Below, in pieces: positions 44,889 through 57,300 of a stretch of DNA of 64,000 nt. The translations under genes were made by a program, and so were the position numbers. Position 1 is the stretch's first letter. Every line of letters begins with the position of its first letter. A model generated the notes under the pieces. It made no database searches. It worked only from the letters and a program-made list of their open reading frames with translations, and was not told the origin of the DNA. The stretch is from the NCBI RefSeq assembly GCF_006345805.1, contig NC_043004.1, positions 16,926,001-16,990,000 on the forward strand, in the 5' to 3' direction. Source of the stretch: Octopus sinensis. Its lineage: Eukaryota.

Positions 44889-47800
44889 TCCTGCTTCTTG
44901 GGTAACGCTGCGATGGATTGGCGTCCCGTCCAGCTGGGGGGGGGGGCACATACGCCACAGAAACCGGGAAACCGGGTCCATGAGCCTGGCTAGGCTTGAA
45001 AAGAGCGTAAAAAACAAAAATATTTACTAGTAAGACAACTGTAATCAACACAATCAACAATGCTTTCAGAATACATTGTTTCTCCTAAAGCATGTATATA
45101 TTCAAGAACAGTAGTGTCGATCACATGGTAAGAGAAGTGCTCACAGGGTGTTTAATTTACAACATGTCTTCTATTCCCAAATGAAGTCAAACATCTTTAT
45201 ATCAAAGTCAACAGGTTGAAAGCCAATCACTATAACTCAGTTTTCATATAAGCGATGAATTTATGCTGAAAGACAAACGTGATCAATTTATCTGTTTTGT
45301 GTATATGCACCTATATACGTATGTCTTTTTGCTCGAATTATTTGAATTATTCCTATAAAAAAGCGGCTAACTTCTAAGTCTGAACAAAATCTCCAACACT
45401 GCAGTTTTTGAATAACACAACGTAACAATTTTCAAAACAAATTTGTTTATTGTACTTTTTTATTGTTTATCAATCCATTTTTTCTGCTGATTCCAAAAAT
45501 GAAATTATTTTTTGTATATCATCAACAGTTAAAAAAATCTGTTGACTTTCAATGTTATTATATATTCGGTATTGTTATAATGTTCCGCTATTAAATGTAT
45601 GTCTAATTTCCTCTTTCAGACCAATTACTAAGTTGTGCTACTCTCAGGATGGCTACTAAAGTATGTAAAAATTCTCCAGATACATTTTGCTATGTGTGTG
45701 GTTATTATATTGGAAAATAGCAGGTAGTACATAAGATCGTGAAGGGTGCTAAATTGTGGATAGCGTACAGACTATTTCGGAATGCCCATGGATGACCAGG
45801 ACAAACCATGGGCGCCCACATGTGATATGTGGAAGCTGTCAGTCTACTCTAGAATGATGGTTAAGAGGTACAGGAAGGTCAATGCCTTTTGCCATTCCAA
45901 GGGTATGGAGAGAGCCAAAGAACCATCACGATGACTGTTACTTTTTTATGATCGATGTGACAAAGTACAGAAAAGTGAAAAGAAGACAAGCTCTTACCGC
46001 TAGTAGTATGATTGAACTTGTTCTGTCCAGCTTTAGCCACTTGTAAATATATCGGTAGTGATGTGTCTAGTGTAGCTTGTAATTTTTTCTTGTTTACAAT
46101 TATATAAGAATATTTGTCCAAAATCCATCCCTATGTCTTCTGAGAATGTTGCAACTTATTACTCTTATGTCATTCATACTTTTAGCATAACTGTTCAGCT
46201 TATCAACAATAATGCTTTGTAACTGGTTAGTGTTCGTGTCTTGTATGTCAGAACCATAACCCTCAGATTTCTTCAAGAGAAGAGATAAAAGATTTACTAC
46301 CTCTATAAACAACATAACAAAGATATCATATAATCGCTTCCTGCATTATATATAATATAATCACTTCCTGCATTATATATAATGTAATCGATTCCTGATA
46401 ATGACCGAAGATGACGTCATGTTGTTTTTGGTTTGATTATGGTTTGTGAATCTTTAGCAAATCGTATGGCCACTAGCCACTATGAACGAAGAATACTTTC
46501 TTGTAATATAGCCACGCTCTAACAATATTCGTTGTAGGCCGTTGGACCTCTCATGCGACATTTTGTTGATTAGAGGTTGGTTTAGCACATATACAAATTA
46601 CTTTCGCTCCAGCTGTTATTTTGACCGTAATTATGTTGTTGTTATTGCGGAAATCCTAGAGAAATAAGCTGAAATAGGCAGTATACACTTTATACATTAG
46701 CTTCTGACATGCAATTTGCCGATAGCTCTCCGTCATGTGAGCAGCTTTGTTCTTTGGTATCAGAATTGTTTGCGCTAATGCCATCCAGCTTCGTATATTG
46801 ATATCCCCACTGAGAGCTTTCTTTTAGAAATTGATAAGATATCGCCAATAAAATGTCAGTTTTATGTGCCAGTTGGCAACGATCAAGTCACATTCTGAAT
46901 TCTGTCATTTTCACACTGTATTAATCTAACCAATTCCTTTTATTTCCCCTTTCTTTTGATCCTATAGAGATAATTTCGTATATATGTAGGTATTTTATAT
47001 ACAATCCTTTTTTTTCTGATCATACAACCATGATCAAAATGTACATTTGGCAACTAAGCTACAAATACAATACGACACTTTTCAGATTTGTGCATGTGTG
47101 CCTGTAGTCGTATATAAAAGAATGTTACTTTAACAATCTTTCTACAGAAACTTTTCAACGTTTGAAAAATGTAATTATAAGCAGCTCTCAGATTAGACAG
47201 TGGAATTTGGTTAATCATTATTATATTCTTTTTGTTTCTTCTTTCGAGGAACAAGCATGTAAATAGGTACTGTCTCGAGTTCTAGGACTCATAGAAATGA
47301 TTGACCGTTTTGAATGGCGTATAAGTAACCGAGTTCACAATTTATTCTTTCAACGGTTACTCATTTTCCGGACGTGTGGACTGGACTGGAATGGACTGGA
47401 CTTAACTGGAACAACATGAAATGATGTGTTTTTTGCCTAGTCTGGAAATCAAACCTTGATCTTGCGATCGCGGGTTCAAAACCCTATCCACTAGACTGCA
47501 CCCCTTCAAATCAAAAAACATTAGAAAGTTACACAAGCAACAAAAGCATTAGTATTACACCAACAATCCTTCCACCACACATTATTATTAAATGTTCATT
47601 TCAAGCGTTTATACTTACTTCCCCAAGTTCGCCCGTAAATGATTTCCCATTGAATCCACCTATAGTTAGAGCAGTGAGTCTTTTACGGATAATTCCTTCA
47701 GAACATAATGATAAAATAAGAAGTATAAATATTAACATACAGAGTTTTGCGATTTATAATAATTTATATACAATTTCTCACACAAGATTTATGTTTTTCT

Positions 47801-48066
47801 CTGGCAAAAGAAAAAGATATTAATCATTCAGACATAGATATGATTTATGATTAATTTGAAATATTATTATTCCAATATCTAAATTGCTACTAAACAGAAA
47901 TAGGTTATTCTTTATAAAATGCTACGTCTTTGTGGTGAGGAAACTAGTTTGAAGTATATAATTTGTTACTTGGATATAATTTATCTGACTTAATGAAGAA
48001 CATATTGATATATGTGTATGTGCTTTTGCGCCATGGACAATATATGCTATACATTTATCAATAACT

Positions 48067-48158
<92 letters not shown>

Positions 48159-48211
48159 AAGTGAGAGAGGGAAACATTCTCATATACACGCATACATATA
48201 TATACGGATGG

Positions 48212-48243
<32 letters not shown>

Positions 48244-48250
48244 CGGATGG

Positions 48251-48294
<44 letters not shown>

Positions 48295-48376
48295 ATATAT
48301 TATATATATATATATATATGTATATATATAGATGTATATTACATATAAGTATATATAATATATATAAAAGGCTATC

Positions 48377-48417
<41 letters not shown>

Positions 48418-49061
48418 CACACACACAAACATAAAAATACACACATATATATTATAAAGAGAGAGACAGAGATATAAAAAGATGAACTGAGATATTCTAA
48501 TATTGTATACATGAGAGAATAGATGTGTGTATATGAGCGAAAGAGAGATAAAGAGGGGTGGGTAGAGACAGTGAGATAGACGGATAGATAGGTAAGGAGG
48601 TTATAAGTTATATTTTTACTATTTCTACGTTTTTAGGTTTCATGATTGTACATGTGCGTATGTATGCGTGTATAACAAAAGTCCTGGACTTCAGTCAGAG
48701 TTATAGTTACACAAACAAATACACACACACATTCTCCATATGTGCGTGTGACTATGTATAATTATGTGTTTTTCTGCATATGCGTGCATATACATATCTA
48801 TATGTATGTGTGTGTATCTAAATTTAAACTGAGGAAGGTATTACGTAATGGATTCATTTCCTGTTATATATCATGCAAACTTGAAACGTACGAATTAAAT
48901 TATTTCAAAATCATCAGTATTTGGTTTGACTTCATTATTACAACTCATAAGACTCGCTGTCAATACAAACTAGCTGGTCCATACTCTACTTATGCAGATA
49001 CTCTATCAACGATTTGGAGTACTTTGCTGTATTTGGCTCGTGTCAAAAATTCCAGCAGTGT

Positions 49062-49131
<70 letters not shown>

Positions 49132-52100
49132 TATCTTGTGAAGTCTCTCATGAGTGCTACAAGTAGCAGAGAATAGAGGTACTACTTGTAACATAGTGGA
49201 ATCATTGACATCTAAACTAGCTCCTCATCGGCGAGTCTGATGAGGTGGGTTGCTGGAAATTCTGCAGGACTGGAAGCAAAACTTGTCAAAGGGACAGATT
49301 AATCCAGTGTAGGTTAAACCGGGTTGGTGTCCTATGTGCCAGAAAAACACTGGGAGGCACCCCCACCACCACCACCACCATCACCACCACTACTATAACA
49401 ACATCCTAAAAGCCCTGACTCACCCTCTTAAATTGATTTAGACGACTCTGACGAGAATCCATTAAGATCTGAAGATCGATTAAGGATGTTCATCATTTTT
49501 TTCTAATCGAGAAACAGCCTAATTAGTCTTGTTTATATTGGTACTGTGGAGGCGCAATGGCCCAGGGCATCGGATCGTGGTCGTAGGATCGTGGTTTCGA
49601 TTCCCAGACCGGACGTTGTGAGTGTTTATTGAGCGAAAACACCTAAAGCTCCACGATGCTCCGGCAGGAGATGGAGGCGATCATTACTGTACTATTTCGC
49701 CACAAATTTCTCTCACTCTTTCTTCTGTTGGCCTGCTCGCTTAGCCAGCGGGGTGGTGTCATTTGAAGGCTAAAAAACAATGCAAAGCGCATTATGACCA
49801 GCGATGTGTAGCAACATCTGATGGCCTGGTCGGTCATGTGATCATATGATATAGGTACTATATAGGTTACATATTATCCTATGTGTACTTATCTTTTCTG
49901 CTGTCATGAATGTCGTTAATGTCAATGAATAAGCATTAATTTGGACAGCATGCACGAAAAGTTAATACCAAAAATGTCACCAATTTTGGTGGGTCTAAGG
50001 AGATCATAAGTACTACTGCTTCCCACCGTGACCTAGCTAAGAAAAAACAAATATTTATACATGTATATTATGATTTATTCTATTTTCACAATTTTACCGT
50101 CAGTCAAACTTCTTATCCAAGAGTAAGTTTGCTTACCTGTAAGTTTGCGTGATACAGTCACATCGTTGCAAGAAACGCGAAGTTCCCGGCTGTTATACAT
50201 TAGAGTTAGATTGTTAAAACCGGGTTCCTATGGAGAAAGTACAGAAACATTTAAACACCTGGGTTATATTTTCTTTTTATCTATTTCTTTATAACGGTTG
50301 AAAATTTCCCATTGAAATTCAATGGCAATATTTGACGGAAGTGTTGTATTAAAAAAGATGATGATGATAGTGATGATGATGATGACGACAACGACGGCTA
50401 TGAAGACGACGATGACGAGACGACGACGACGATGACGAGACGACGAGGACGATGACGAGACGACGACGACGAAGACGAGACGACGACGACGATGACGAGA
50501 CGACGACGACGACGATGATGATGAAGACGATTATGGTGATGATGGTGGTGATGATGATGATGACGACGATGATGATGATGTTGATTATGGTGATGATGGT
50601 GGTGGTGATGATGATGATGACGACGATGATGATAGTGATGATGATGATGACGACGACGACGATGATGAAGGTGATGAAGGCGACGACGATGATGATGATA
50701 ATGATGATGATGACGACTTTATCTTTCATCGTTTTGGATGTTTTAAAATAAGTTACCAGCTGAGCGCTGGTGTGATGTAATAAACTATCCCCCTCCTCAA
50801 AAATATCAGGCCTTGTGCCTAGAGTAGAAAGAGTAATTATTATTATTGTTATTATCATCATCATTATCCTCATCATCATCAACATCATCGTTGATGTCGT
50901 TGTCATCATACAGATGCTGCAAAGATCAGAAGATGGTCTCACCACGACAAACAGAGTGTCATGGAATGTGATTACAAAGGCGAGTCTGCCAAAACAGGAA
51001 ACAAGGAAAGGATATATAAAAATATGGTTAGGAAAATGTGTGATGCGTGTCACAGAACAAAAGCTTTTTAGACAAGAAAATTCATGAGAATACACCAGGT
51101 GCTCCAGCTCGAACAGGCAAAGAAGAAGAAGAACATAGACACAATCCCAAAATTTTATGAAATAAAGTAGAAAGCAGATTTGATCTTTAACCGTGTCGTG
51201 AAGTTTCAGTATTCTGAGACAGTATTTTGGTGAAGCATAGTCCTGCAATACATCTATAGGTTTGTAGTAAATAAACACTATTTCTAGTCCAGTGAAATGC
51301 TTAATAATACTTAATAACTACCCTGCGCGCGTAAGCGAAAGCAAGTATTGTATTCGCTCGCCTTTGTTTGTCTGTGTGTTTGCAAAATTACTGGAAAATG
51401 GCTGTACGGATTTTCACCAAATTTGGCAGAAATACTCATTGGGTGAGTGGCTCGAACTCATTATTTTGGTTTGATTATCTTCAAAATTGGAGAATGGGTG
51501 AATCAAAATGTTTTATTATCTTTGTTTACATATGCACAAACGATAAGCAGAGGAATTAACTCTTGATGTCATTTTGTTGAAATATGAATTCATAGAGAAT
51601 CTATTTATTAAATTAAATACTATTTTATCACTGAGTGCGCATAGGGTATGCATCACCGCTCCGATCCCATTTTCTTTTTTTTTTATGAAGTTGATGTGAA
51701 TTCTGATTACCATTATTTCATAAAATCCTATGGTTGTTTTGAGAAGTTTGAAAATCTCATACTGAAACAAAAAACTGATCTTGTTTCTAAGTTCAACACC
51801 TTTAAATACATTAATACTATAGCAAGTAGAATCATTAGCTCGTCTTCCGGCTCTTTATATTTTCCCGTTATAATGGCAAAACATCTATATCACTAAAATA
51901 TTTCAATGTTAAATTCTTTTAACACCTTTGAATTATTTATATCGCTACTTATTAAGCCGTGTATGTTAACCGAATATAGATTATATTCACGATACATCTC
52001 ACGTCAATAGTCAACAAAGTACCTGACCCTTTTGAAATATACTCATTGCTGATTTTACATAATCCAGCTGTTCTCAAATTAACAGCAATTCTTAATGAAG

Positions 52101-55100
52101 CAATACAAAAGAATAGCAAGTTGAAATGGTCTGTTACGTGTTATATCTAAGAAGTTATCTATAGAGCAGCTATCTGATCTTGCACTCAATGTTCCAACTA
52201 TTGTTCGGTTATAAAACAAAATAATAATCGAATTGATATGTACGACTTCTTTTTGAATTTACTGAAACCGTGCCGACGTGGTTTAAGTGGTAATTATATG
52301 AAACGTATTGTTCTGTTTTATCATCCCTTGTAAACGGGGAATCACTATAAAATATTAATGTGTCTAAAGAGGTTGAAATTACTTAGAAACAAGATCAGTT
52401 TTTAGATATAAACTAAGTTTCGTTTTATCTAAGAATAACATTTTTTACTAGCTTTAACGATTTTCTCCTTTGTTTATCATATATTCTACAGTATCTAGAT
52501 TTAAACGATTATTATATTTAGTCTATAAAAGTACCAGATGACTGACAATTACACATTATTTCATTCAAATAAAAGGTGGTGGCTTGGCACAGTTATTAAA
52601 ACGCCATACAAATTACTTTGCCGTATTTGTTCTGCTTCTTTACGTTTGGAATCCCAATTCTAATGAGATCAATTTTACCTTCCATTCTTCTGGGGTCGGC
52701 AAAATAATATACTAGCCAATTACTGGGATCAATTAAATCGATTGAATTCCTCATCCCAAGTTTCAGTCTTTGTAACAGTGTTACAAATAATTGTCACATT
52801 CAAATGTGAAAAGAATTCTGTGTGTGTGTGTGTGTGTGTGTGTGTCTACGTGAGTGCGTGTGTGTATGTGACTATGTGTTTATGTTTCTCCTGCACGCTA
52901 CTTAACATCCGGCGCTGGTCTGTGTACGTCACCGTAACCTAGCAACTCGGTAAAAGTAACCGATAGATTAAGTACCAAACTTTAAGAATTCAGTACCATT
53001 TGTTCTGCGAATCCCCTCAAGGCTATGCCCCAGCATGACCGCAATCCAAGTTAAAGATAAACGAATTAGTTGTACAAACATCTACATACGAAATTGCCTA
53101 AATTATGAAAATATGAACATTATGAATGCATGTATCGACATGTGATTAATGATTTCAATTTGCAATGACATGGTACTGAGTTCGATCTTGCTATGCTGCA
53201 CTTTGGGGAAGTGCCTTCTAATACGACATTCAACAAAAGCAAATCCGGCGAATGAAATTCTATAGATGAAAACTGTGTGGGATCATGCCTGAGGCACTTT
53301 ACTTGATCTAGTGTCGTTTGACTTAATCCGTTACTCGACTTAGCATCACTAACTCGCTTTAAGTAATGTTGCCGTAGTCCACTCTATTCTAAATACGAGT
53401 ACGAAGTCGCTGATCTTTGGGTAACTCATGAGTTCCTCCTTTTATTTTTCAATTCCAATGCCCTTTAAAATGGACAAGAATGGTCAAGGACGCTATCCTT
53501 ATTGCTCTTACAAAACAATGGAAGAAAATGTGGATTATAATGAAAACTGTAAAGATATGGTTTACTAAATAATCTTTCACTCACGCTGTAACATGTAAAA
53601 TCACTCACCTTATCTAGCGTTATGTTTTCTTGCCCTAGGTTGGTTACAACTTGAAAGACATATTTCTCTCCCTCAATTGCAGCAGAAATAGACGGGCCAT
53701 CCAGATTTGAGCTTCCATCATTTGCAAAAATAATTTGTCGATCAGAAGTTTGAGCTGTACTCAAGATGGATAACGTAATGTAGAGACCTTGACGAAACGC
53801 AACATCGGAAAAACGCCAAATAGTCATTCGACTATTGGGGGAGAAGAGAGCTGTACCATTATTGGAAAGCATGACTTTGACAGAGTAAAGTGGTAAATTA
53901 TTATTAGATTTATCGAGGAGATCAGCTTCGAAATTAAGAAGCAAAGAAGGGTTGCATCGGAGTTGATCTAAAAATAATATATTTAGAATGAATCAAATCA
54001 ATAAGTTAAGATTAATGGCGATATATAAAATTGTCATTCATAATATGCATGAAATGTCAAAACTGAAACATAAAATGTTTGTGATTTATTCTCATTCAGT
54101 ATATTGGAAATAGTTTAACGTAAATACTTCCCCTAAGTAATGATTCACGTAAAACCATATGTGTGTATCAGAATAATAATTTTTTTTTGGTCTGGTAATT
54201 ATAAATGCCAATCAATCGTACAAACACATACAAGAAAATGTACACATATATATGTAAATATGTTTAGACCTATAAATATATGTATCTGTGTGTATGTGTG
54301 TGAGATGCCTTTTAATGCCTCCATCGTTTCTTTTTTTTTTTTTTTCGCCATATCCACATCTGCAAATTCCACAGCCTCAGCTTTCGTCACCGATGATGAT
54401 CTTCAAATAAAACGCCCGGATCAACTTCCAACTGTTCTTCTAGTTCACGACACGCATTCATTTGTGAATAATTTTGATTTCCTGTGAGCAAGCGAGGCAC
54501 AAATTTTGCTGCAAATCTTCTCATTCGCAATTCCTCGCTCAAAATTCGTTGGCAGGAGCTCCAGGACACACCAGCCATATCAACTAGTTCGTGAATTATT
54601 TGGTGACGGTCTTCCAAGATCAATTCATGAATTTTCATGATGTTTTCATTCGTCTGGGAGGTCGACAATCGCCTTGAACGAGATTGGTCATCAAGCGACT
54701 AGTCACCATTCTTAAAGCGTGACAATCACTCATAAATGCGTGTTTTGCTCGTGGCAGCAGCCTTGTACGCTGTTTGAAGCATGACAACTATTTCGACCGC
54801 CGTTTTCCCCAGCAGAAAACAGGATTTCACGGAAGCATGCTGTTCCTCCATTTCAGCCATCGCAAATATCGACGAACAGGTTGAGAGGCACTGCAAGAAC
54901 AGGCGTAAAAGGCCACGGTATGGCTACTCCAGAAGACACTGGTCGCATCCAACGGCCTCGAACGGAGGAAGCCTGAACTACAACAGGCTTATCCCATTGA
55001 GGACGTTTCTGTTTACTTGTGGTACCCCTTCGTATGTTCGCTTGTATATATGTATTTGTATGTGTGAGTATGTATATATATATAGGCGCAGGTGTCACTA

Positions 55101-55752
55101 TGTAGTTCAGTCTCACTGCTGGGTACCTTGAGTAAGTGTCTTCTACGATAGATTCGGGCGGATCGAATACTTGTGGCTGGATTTGGTAGACCTCCATCAC
55201 TTGACAACCTATGCTGGTGTGTTTACGTTCCTCCGTAAATTAGCGGTTCGGCTAAAGCGACAAGTAGAATAAGTACTAGGCGTACAGTGAATAAGTCCTG
55301 GGTTCGAATTGTTCGACTAAAGGCGGTGCTCCAGCATAGGCGCAGTCAAATGACTGAAACTAGTAAAATAGTAATATATATGTGAATATATATATGTATG
55401 TATGTATGTATGTATGCTTATTTTTCCTTATTCTTTTCTGTTGAGGAGCGTAAGCTCGAAACGTAAAATACTTTCTCACTTCCCGAGCGCCACACTGATA
55501 TACCTACTTGTTGTTCATACACCTGTCTTCGTCTTATATTTTTCTGTAAATTTCAACGATATACATGACACCTACACATCAGAAAATTCAGTATTTCTGA
55601 CATTGGCTGAGTGTTAAGTAGCTTGCTTCCAACCACGTGGTTCCGAGTTCATTTCCACTACATGGTATCTTGGGCAAGTCTCTTCTGCTATAGCTGCGGG
55701 CCGACCAAAGCCTTGTGAGTGGTTTGGTAGATGGAAACTGAAAGAAGCCCGT

Positions 55753-55827
<75 letters not shown>

Positions 55828-57300
55828 TACGGACATGTACTTGCATACCAAGTGACCTGATCTTAGATCGTGTGCTGAAACAAAAACAATTGCAGCGTGG
55901 AAGATATTTATAAACCATTTTAAAACACAAAAACCGTTAGATTCACTTCAACTTTTAAATTTAATTTGTCAAAATATTTTCGTCGCTTTCAGACCGCGAC
56001 ATGTTCAATAACAAAATTCCGTGCTGTTTGTGTTTGTCCCCCCTTTATCGTTTGACAACCGATGTTGGTGTGTTTGCGTCCCCGTAACTTAACGGCTTGG
56101 CACATGAGACCGATAACATAAGTACAAGGCTTACAAAACAATAAGAACTGGGGTGGGCCGATTTGCTCGACTAAAGGCAGTGCTCCAGCATGGCCGCAGT
56201 CAAGTGACTAAAACATATAAAAGAGTACAAGAATAAAAAATTATCAATTCATTAAATTAACAAACTTTCAGTGTACAAAGTAATTATTGAGACTGCATCA
56301 AAACCGGATGCAGATTGCTGGATGGGAATTAATTATAATGCCACATTTCATTAGGATTATCTCCTTCCTTTTCCTCGATATTATCATGATTATCATCATT
56401 ATCATTATCAGCATCAGCAGCATCCTTGTTGGATAACTTATTCATATACTCTTTTACTCTTTTTCAGTCATGTGACTGCGGGGGTAATGCTGGAGTACCG
56501 CCTTTAGTCGTGCAAATCTACCCCAGGACTTATTCTTTGTAAGCCTAGTACTTATTCTATCGGTCTCTTGTGCCGAACCGCTTACGGGGACGTAAACACA
56601 CCAGCATCGGTTTGTCAAGTGATGTTGGGAGGACAAATAGAGACACACACATACATATATACATATATACGACGGGCTTCCTTCAGTTTCCGTATACCAA
56701 ATCCACTCACAAGGCTTTGGTCGGCCCGAGGCTATAGTAGAAGGCTATATATTACTGTGATTCCAATCAAGCTAACTTAGTATTCCATATATATTTATTG
56801 AGCCAAGGGCTCATTGGACCAGTTACCTTGTTTCCCGGTTTTTACGGCGTATAAGTGGTCGAGAAAATATTCCTCCCGATAGGAACTCCAGTTCGAAGCA
56901 GACTTACCTATACTCATTTCACTAACTATCCTAAGTAAACATGATTCAGAAGACAAATCTACGATGTAGTGAACTTTGTTATGTTGTATCACCTCAATTA
57001 CGAAAGTTGATGATTTTATGGAAAACTACAAGAACTCCGAAATTTATTATTTTAGGGTCAAAAGTTTCAATGAAACTAATTGCGTCAACGTACAATATAA
57101 GAAAGAAACAATTTCATTTGATAAATATACATCTGAATACAAACCTTCGTGTCTTCTGGTGGCATTTGTGTCAGTAATACATAGGCAATGATCTTTACTG
57201 TAAATGGTTCCTGGTGCACAATTCCGTGTGAAATTTCTATTAACAGTCATTTCTATGTAACTGTATACGTTGTGTGGATTAGGTAGAAATGGGCAACTTC
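44409..57300 (-). CDS. Pif/BMSP/LamG3-like spliced gene (chitin-binding type 2-like module + laminin G domain), 5' incomplete, about 240 aa recovered
   Basis: Five exons with GT-AG boundaries and matching phases (1-1, 1-0, 0-1, 1-0, 0-stop) give an uninterrupted frame: [14 protein letters not shown]...[14 protein letters not shown]...[18 protein letters not shown]...MTIWRFS...GPSIS...[16 protein letters not shown]...[38 protein letters not shown]. Confidence 0.85.
44665..45015 (+). mobile_element. SINE family C, tail type 2
   Basis: tRNA-like head, (CT)n middle, ctgcgatggattggcgtcccgtccag domain. Confidence 0.85.
45416..46010 (+). mobile_element. Chapaev3-like (CMC) DNA transposon 5' fragment
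   Basis: [13 protein letters not shown]...[13 protein letters not shown]...[21 protein letters not shown] with stops and frameshifts; possible CAC terminus at 45416. Family name from recall. Confidence 0.7.
47619..47695 (-). CDS. Exon: LamG C-terminal strands ([26 protein letters not shown])
   Basis: Donor GAA|gtaagt, acceptor tatgttctgaag|GA, 77 nt, phase 1-0; LxIGG...FxGxL is the LamG signature. Confidence 0.85.
49546..49845 (+). mobile_element. SINE family C, tail type 1
   Basis: gtggaggcgcaatggcccag head; body matches 25098-25400. Confidence 0.85.
50137..50227 (-). CDS. Exon: LamG domain middle ([30 protein letters not shown])
   Basis: Acceptor tttctccatag|GAA, donor CAG|gtaagc, 91 nt, phase 0-1. 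Confidence 0.85.
50357..50716. repeat. Degenerate (GAT/GAC/GGT)n trinucleotide tract
   Basis: Direct reading; source of the spurious ORFs 50349..51278 and 50452..50751. Confidence 0.95.
51316..51500 (+). mobile_element. Helentron-associated (HINE/DINE-like) non-autonomous remnant
   Basis: taccctgcgcgcgtaagc start, internal gtttgtctgt microsatellite, cggattttcaccaaatttggc motif. Confidence 0.4.
53609..53967 (-). CDS. Exon: N-terminal part of LamG domain
   Basis: Acceptor ttatttttag|ATC, donor AAG|gtgagt, 359 nt open, phase 1-0; overlaps ORF 53465..53944. Confidence 0.9.
54365..55034 (-). mobile_element. Mariner transposon, 5' half
   Basis: TA-CGAAGGGGT terminus near 55034; HTH remnants and [10 protein letters not shown] (WVPHEL-equivalent), truncated just after the first catalytic-Asp region (GDES). 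Confidence 0.85.
55084..56742. mobile_element. Cluster of three SINE family A copies (55084-55372 +, 55603-56230 + interrupted, 56448-56742 -)
   Basis: Matches to the family A head and tail; the second copy is split by unrelated repeat sequence at about 55830-56025. Confidence 0.85.
55433..55470 (+). ncRNA. Hammerhead-like motif with variant core (CTGTTGA)
   Basis: TTTT-CTGTTGA-G-GAGC-GTAA-GCTC-GAAAC-GTA-AAA; stem II closed by a GNRA loop. Confidence 0.4.
57145..57300 (-). CDS. Exon: chitin-binding (ChtBD2/CBM14-like, 4-Cys) module
   Basis: Acceptor tcattttcag|GA, donor GAAG|gtttgt, 156 nt, phase 1-1; CPxxPxPxxxxxY...RxCAPGTxYxxxxCxC pattern. Confidence 0.85.

Noticed and set aside
47054-47101. 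Alternative terminal exon [15 protein letters not shown]
   Set aside because: Phase-compatible but fits the LamG C-terminal pattern worse than 44409-44447; not excluded as a minor isoform.
50349-51278. Longest ORF in the track (309 aa)
   Set aside because: Open only because it crosses trinucleotide repeats and a SINE fragment; no domain-like sequence.
52023-52090. Possible minus-strand exon [22 protein letters not shown]
   Set aside because: Entry phase 2 is incompatible with neighbours; the 50137-50227 exon already completes the domain.
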